Source of the DNA: a virus
Lineage: Duplodnaviria; Caudoviricetes
Virus record (IMG/VR): IMGVR_UViG_3300011335_000288
Coordinates: 1-26,430 of that record
Length of the DNA: 26,430 nucleotides
Strand: one strand, 5' to 3'
Both the position numbers and the translations under genes were made by a program. Shown piece by piece: positions 24,087-26,430 of this stretch (the first letter of the stretch is position 1; every line of letters starts with the position of its first letter). The notes beneath the pieces were generated by a model, which did no database searches, was not told where the DNA came from, and was given only the letters and a program-made list of their open reading frames with translations.

Positions 24087-25756
24087 TGCCAATCCTATAC
24101 CTAGACATAGAGACTAATCTAGCACACAGTGAAGTGTGGTGTGCTGGTTATGCAGTTGATGATGCAGAGCCTTTAATCACAACAAGCCCACATGAAGTGC
24201 AGGGGCTTATAGCAGATGCTAGTTTTATAGTAGGGCATAACATCATAGGCTTTGATGCGCCCGTTATAGAGAGAGTCTGGGGTGTGCAAGTACCTACTAA
24301 GAAGATGGTAGACACTTTAGTGTTATCACGCCTAGCAGACCCTTCCATTGATGGTGGTCATTCTTTGGCTGCTTGGGGTGTGCGGCTCTTGATGCCTAAA
24401 GGAGACTTTACAGACTATGACTCTGGTTACTCTGAGGAGATGGCTGCCTACTGTAAACAGGACATTAGAGTTACTAGGGCATTGCATAAGAGGCTTATCA
24501 GAGAATTAGACTCTAAAGACTTCTCAGTAGAATGCAGGGAGCTAGAGAGGCAGGTAGCAGTAGTTATAGAACAACAGCAGAGGCATGGCTTCTGTTATGA
24601 CATTGTTAAGGGGATAGCCTTAGCAGATAAGTGCGCTGCAAGGATACAGGAGCTGGAGAGCTACTTTGCTACCAGATTCCCAGCCAGAGAGGTGCAGGCG
24701 TACTCTGTAGCTACAAGGAAGGCACTCAAGCCGTACGAGGAAGCCTTTAACATAGGCTCGCGGGTGCAGATAGCTGAGAAGCTGTGCGAGGCAGGGCACG
24801 GAGCTAAACTCTCTAAGAGGACCCCGGGAGGTAGGTACAAGATGGATGAGGAGACTTTAGCGGGTATAGACTGTGAAGAAGCCAGACTGCTAGAGGAGTT
24901 CCTGACTATTCAGAAGCGAAGTAGCCAGATAGCACAGTGGCATAAGTACGTTCAACCCACAGGCCGGATACATGGCAGGGTAATCACTAACGGGGCTGTA
25001 ACTGGAAGGATGACGCACCAAGCCCCTAACATGGCACAAGTGCCTAGCTGTGGTGGCTATATGGGGACTGAGTGCAGGGGCTTATTCCACGCAGAATTTG
25101 GTAAGAAGCTAGTGGGTATAGACGCTAGTTCGTTAGAGCTGAGAATGCTTGCACACTATATGAAGGATGCAGACTACACCAAAGCAGTAGTAGAAGGCTC
25201 AAGCAAGCTAGGGACAGATGTACACACGAGGAATCAGCTCAGTGCAGGACTAAGCACCAGAGATCAAGCTAAGACCTTTATCTATGCCTTTCTCTACGGA
25301 GCAGGCGCAGGTAAGATAGGGGAGATCGTAGGAGGAGGTGCTGCCGAAGGTGGTAAGCTGATTAACTCGTTTATGAAGTCAACACCAGCCCTACAAGCAT
25401 TGAAGAACAAAGTTGATCAGCTAGCAGCCAGAGGATTCATTAAGGGCTTAGATGGTCGTATGCTTAATATCAGATCACAGCATTCAGCATTGAACACCCT
25501 CTTGCAGGGAGCAGGTGCTATAGTGATGAAGAAGGCTCTGGTTATTCTCTACTTGAAGATTAGAGAGGCAAAGATGGATGCTAAGTTCGTGGTTAATGTT
25601 CACGATGAGTGGCAGCTAGAGTGCGCAGAGCAGGACGCAGAGCGCGTAGGAGAGATGGGAGTATTAGCCATTAAGGAAGCAGGGGAGTATTACAAGATGA
25701 GATGCCCCTTAGATGGAGAGTACAAAGTAGGCCAGTCATGGGCAGACACTCACTAG
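24086..25756 (+). CDS. Family A DNA polymerase with 3'-5' exonuclease (T7-like)
   Basis: Exonuclease motifs LDIET, HNIIGFD and YCKQD; motif A DASSLELR, motif B RDQAKTFIYAFLYG, motif C VHDE. Confidence 0.97.
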   Translation: MPILYLDIETNLAHSEVWCAGYAVDDAEPLITTSPHEVQGLIADASFIVGHNIIGFDAPVIERVWGVQVPTKKMVDTLVLSRLADPSIDGGHSLAAWGVRLLMPKGDFTDYDSGYSEEMAAYCKQDIRVTRALHKRLIRELDSKDFSVECRELERQVAVVIEQQQRHGFCYDIVKGIALADKCAARIQELESYFATRFPAREVQAYSVATRKALKPYEEAFNIGSRVQIAEKLCEAGHGAKLSKRTPGGRYKMDEETLAGIDCEEARLLEEFLTIQKRSSQIAQWHKYVQPTGRIHGRVITNGAVTGRMTHQAPNMAQVPSCGGYMGTECRGLFHAEFGKKLVGIDASSLELRMLAHYMKDADYTKAVVEGSSKLGTDVHTRNQLSAGLSTRDQAKTFIYAFLYGAGAGKIGEIVGGGAAEGGKLINSFMKSTPALQALKNKVDQLAARGFIKGLDGRMLNIRSQHSALNTLLQGAGAIVMKKALVILYLKIREAKMDAKFVVNVHDEWQLECAEQDAERVGEMGVLAIKEAGEYYKMRCPLDGEYKVGQSWADTH

Positions 25757-25764
25757 GAGCAAGC

Positions 25765-25941
25765 ATGAAGATTGAACTAACACCAGAGCAGATAGACAGA
25801 GTTGTAGCTAAAGAGATGAAGAGATTGAGAGAAGAATTAGTATGTTATGCCTCAAGTACGCAAATAGCTATTCAAGAGCATAATGTGTTAATCGCAGCAT
25901 CGTTAGTGATACAGGGTTATTACAAAGTTGACAAGTACTAA
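25765..25941 (+). CDS. 58-aa hypothetical protein (start MKIELT)
   Basis: AGGAG RBS before the ATG at 25765. Confidence 0.7.
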   Translation: MKIELTPEQIDRVVAKEMKRLREELVCYASSTQIAIQEHNVLIAASLVIQGYYKVDKY

Positions 25942-25956
25942 GAACAGCTTTATTAT
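25928..25956 (+). promoter_or_regulatory. Sigma70 promoter upstream of the SSB gene (TTGACA-17-TATTAT)
   Basis: TTGACA at 25928-33, 17-nt spacer, TATTAT at 25951-56. Confidence 0.7.
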
Positions 25957-26009
25957 TAAACAGTTCCAACCATGAAACATAAATGCCCTGATGGGCAGAG
26001 GAGATTAAG

Positions 26010-26426
26010 ATGGGTAATCCAATAGTACGGTTAGACAACGTAGAACTACAATGGTGCTGTTTCAACACCACTAATGATATGTCTGGTAAGTATCAGGTTG
26101 ACTTAGTTAACCTATCACCAGAGAACGTAGAGAAGATAGAGAGCTTAGGATTAGTTGCTCGTTTCAGGGAAGATAAACCAGACAAGGGACGTTTCATTGT
26201 GCCTAAGTCTATACACCCTATAGTACCAGTACGCACAGATGGCTCTATCATCAATGATGCAGTGGGCAATGGCTCAAAAGCATCTGTGTTGATGACGTAC
26301 TATATACCAAAGCGTAAGCCCGTAGGCGCACCAGACCGTAGTACGAGTATGCTAAAGATCACTGTTAATGATCTGATTGTGTACAACAAGGAAGTTCCTA
26401 CGCCCATTACGGATAATGATCTGTAA
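26010..26426 (+). CDS. Single-stranded DNA-binding protein (T7 gp2.5-like)
   Basis: W...N.MSGKYQVDLVNLS...VGNGSKA pattern, acidic C-terminus, GAGGAG RBS, next to the polymerase gene. Confidence 0.75.
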   Translation: MGNPIVRLDNVELQWCCFNTTNDMSGKYQVDLVNLSPENVEKIESLGLVARFREDKPDKGRFIVPKSIHPIVPVRTDGSIINDAVGNGSKASVLMTYYIPKRKPVGAPDRSTSMLKITVNDLIVYNKEVPTPITDNDL

Positions 26427-26430
26427 TGTT

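Larger units (their letters stand above)
1..26430. mobile_element. Segment of a podovirus-like dsDNA phage genome (T7-type replication arm divergent from a P22-type morphogenesis arm; no RNAP in window)
   Basis: Terminase, portal, scaffold, capsid and tail genes on the minus strand; primase-helicase, PolA and SSB on the plus strand; dense gene packing with TAATG/ATGA overlaps; no host housekeeping genes or integrase seen. Confidence 0.96.

Noticed and set aside
1-26430. Stop-codon reassignment suggested by the abundance of TAG
   Set aside because: All core genes are intact under code 11, and TAG ends several genes (for example 20469 and 25756).

Overview
This window is part of a podovirus-type (short-tailed dsDNA) phage genome with two divergent arms. 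The minus-strand arm (1-17733) holds the packaging and virion genes: terminase small and large subunits, P22-type portal, scaffold, major capsid, two tail fibre/receptor-binding proteins plus chaperone, four very basic microproteins, two holin-like genes split by an endonuclease VII, tail adaptor and nozzle, and probable ejection proteins. The plus-strand arm (18633-26426) holds small early genes, a gp88-family protein, a T7-type primase-helicase, a family A DNA polymerase and an SSB. No RNA polymerase, integrase, tRNA or CRISPR is visible, and several near-consensus host sigma70 promoters are present. The most striking element is the non-coding divergence region. It has five tandem 15-17 bp palindromes matching the NtrC (GlnG) enhancer box (GCAC-N7-GTGC) next to a consensus sigma54 -24/-12 promoter aimed at the virion arm. 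These are followed by four GTGTTACC repeats and a G-quadruplex-capable tract. This suggests a phage cis-regulatory module tied to the host nitrogen-starvation (NtrBC/RpoN) circuit. All family assignments come from motif recognition by eye; no database searches were run.
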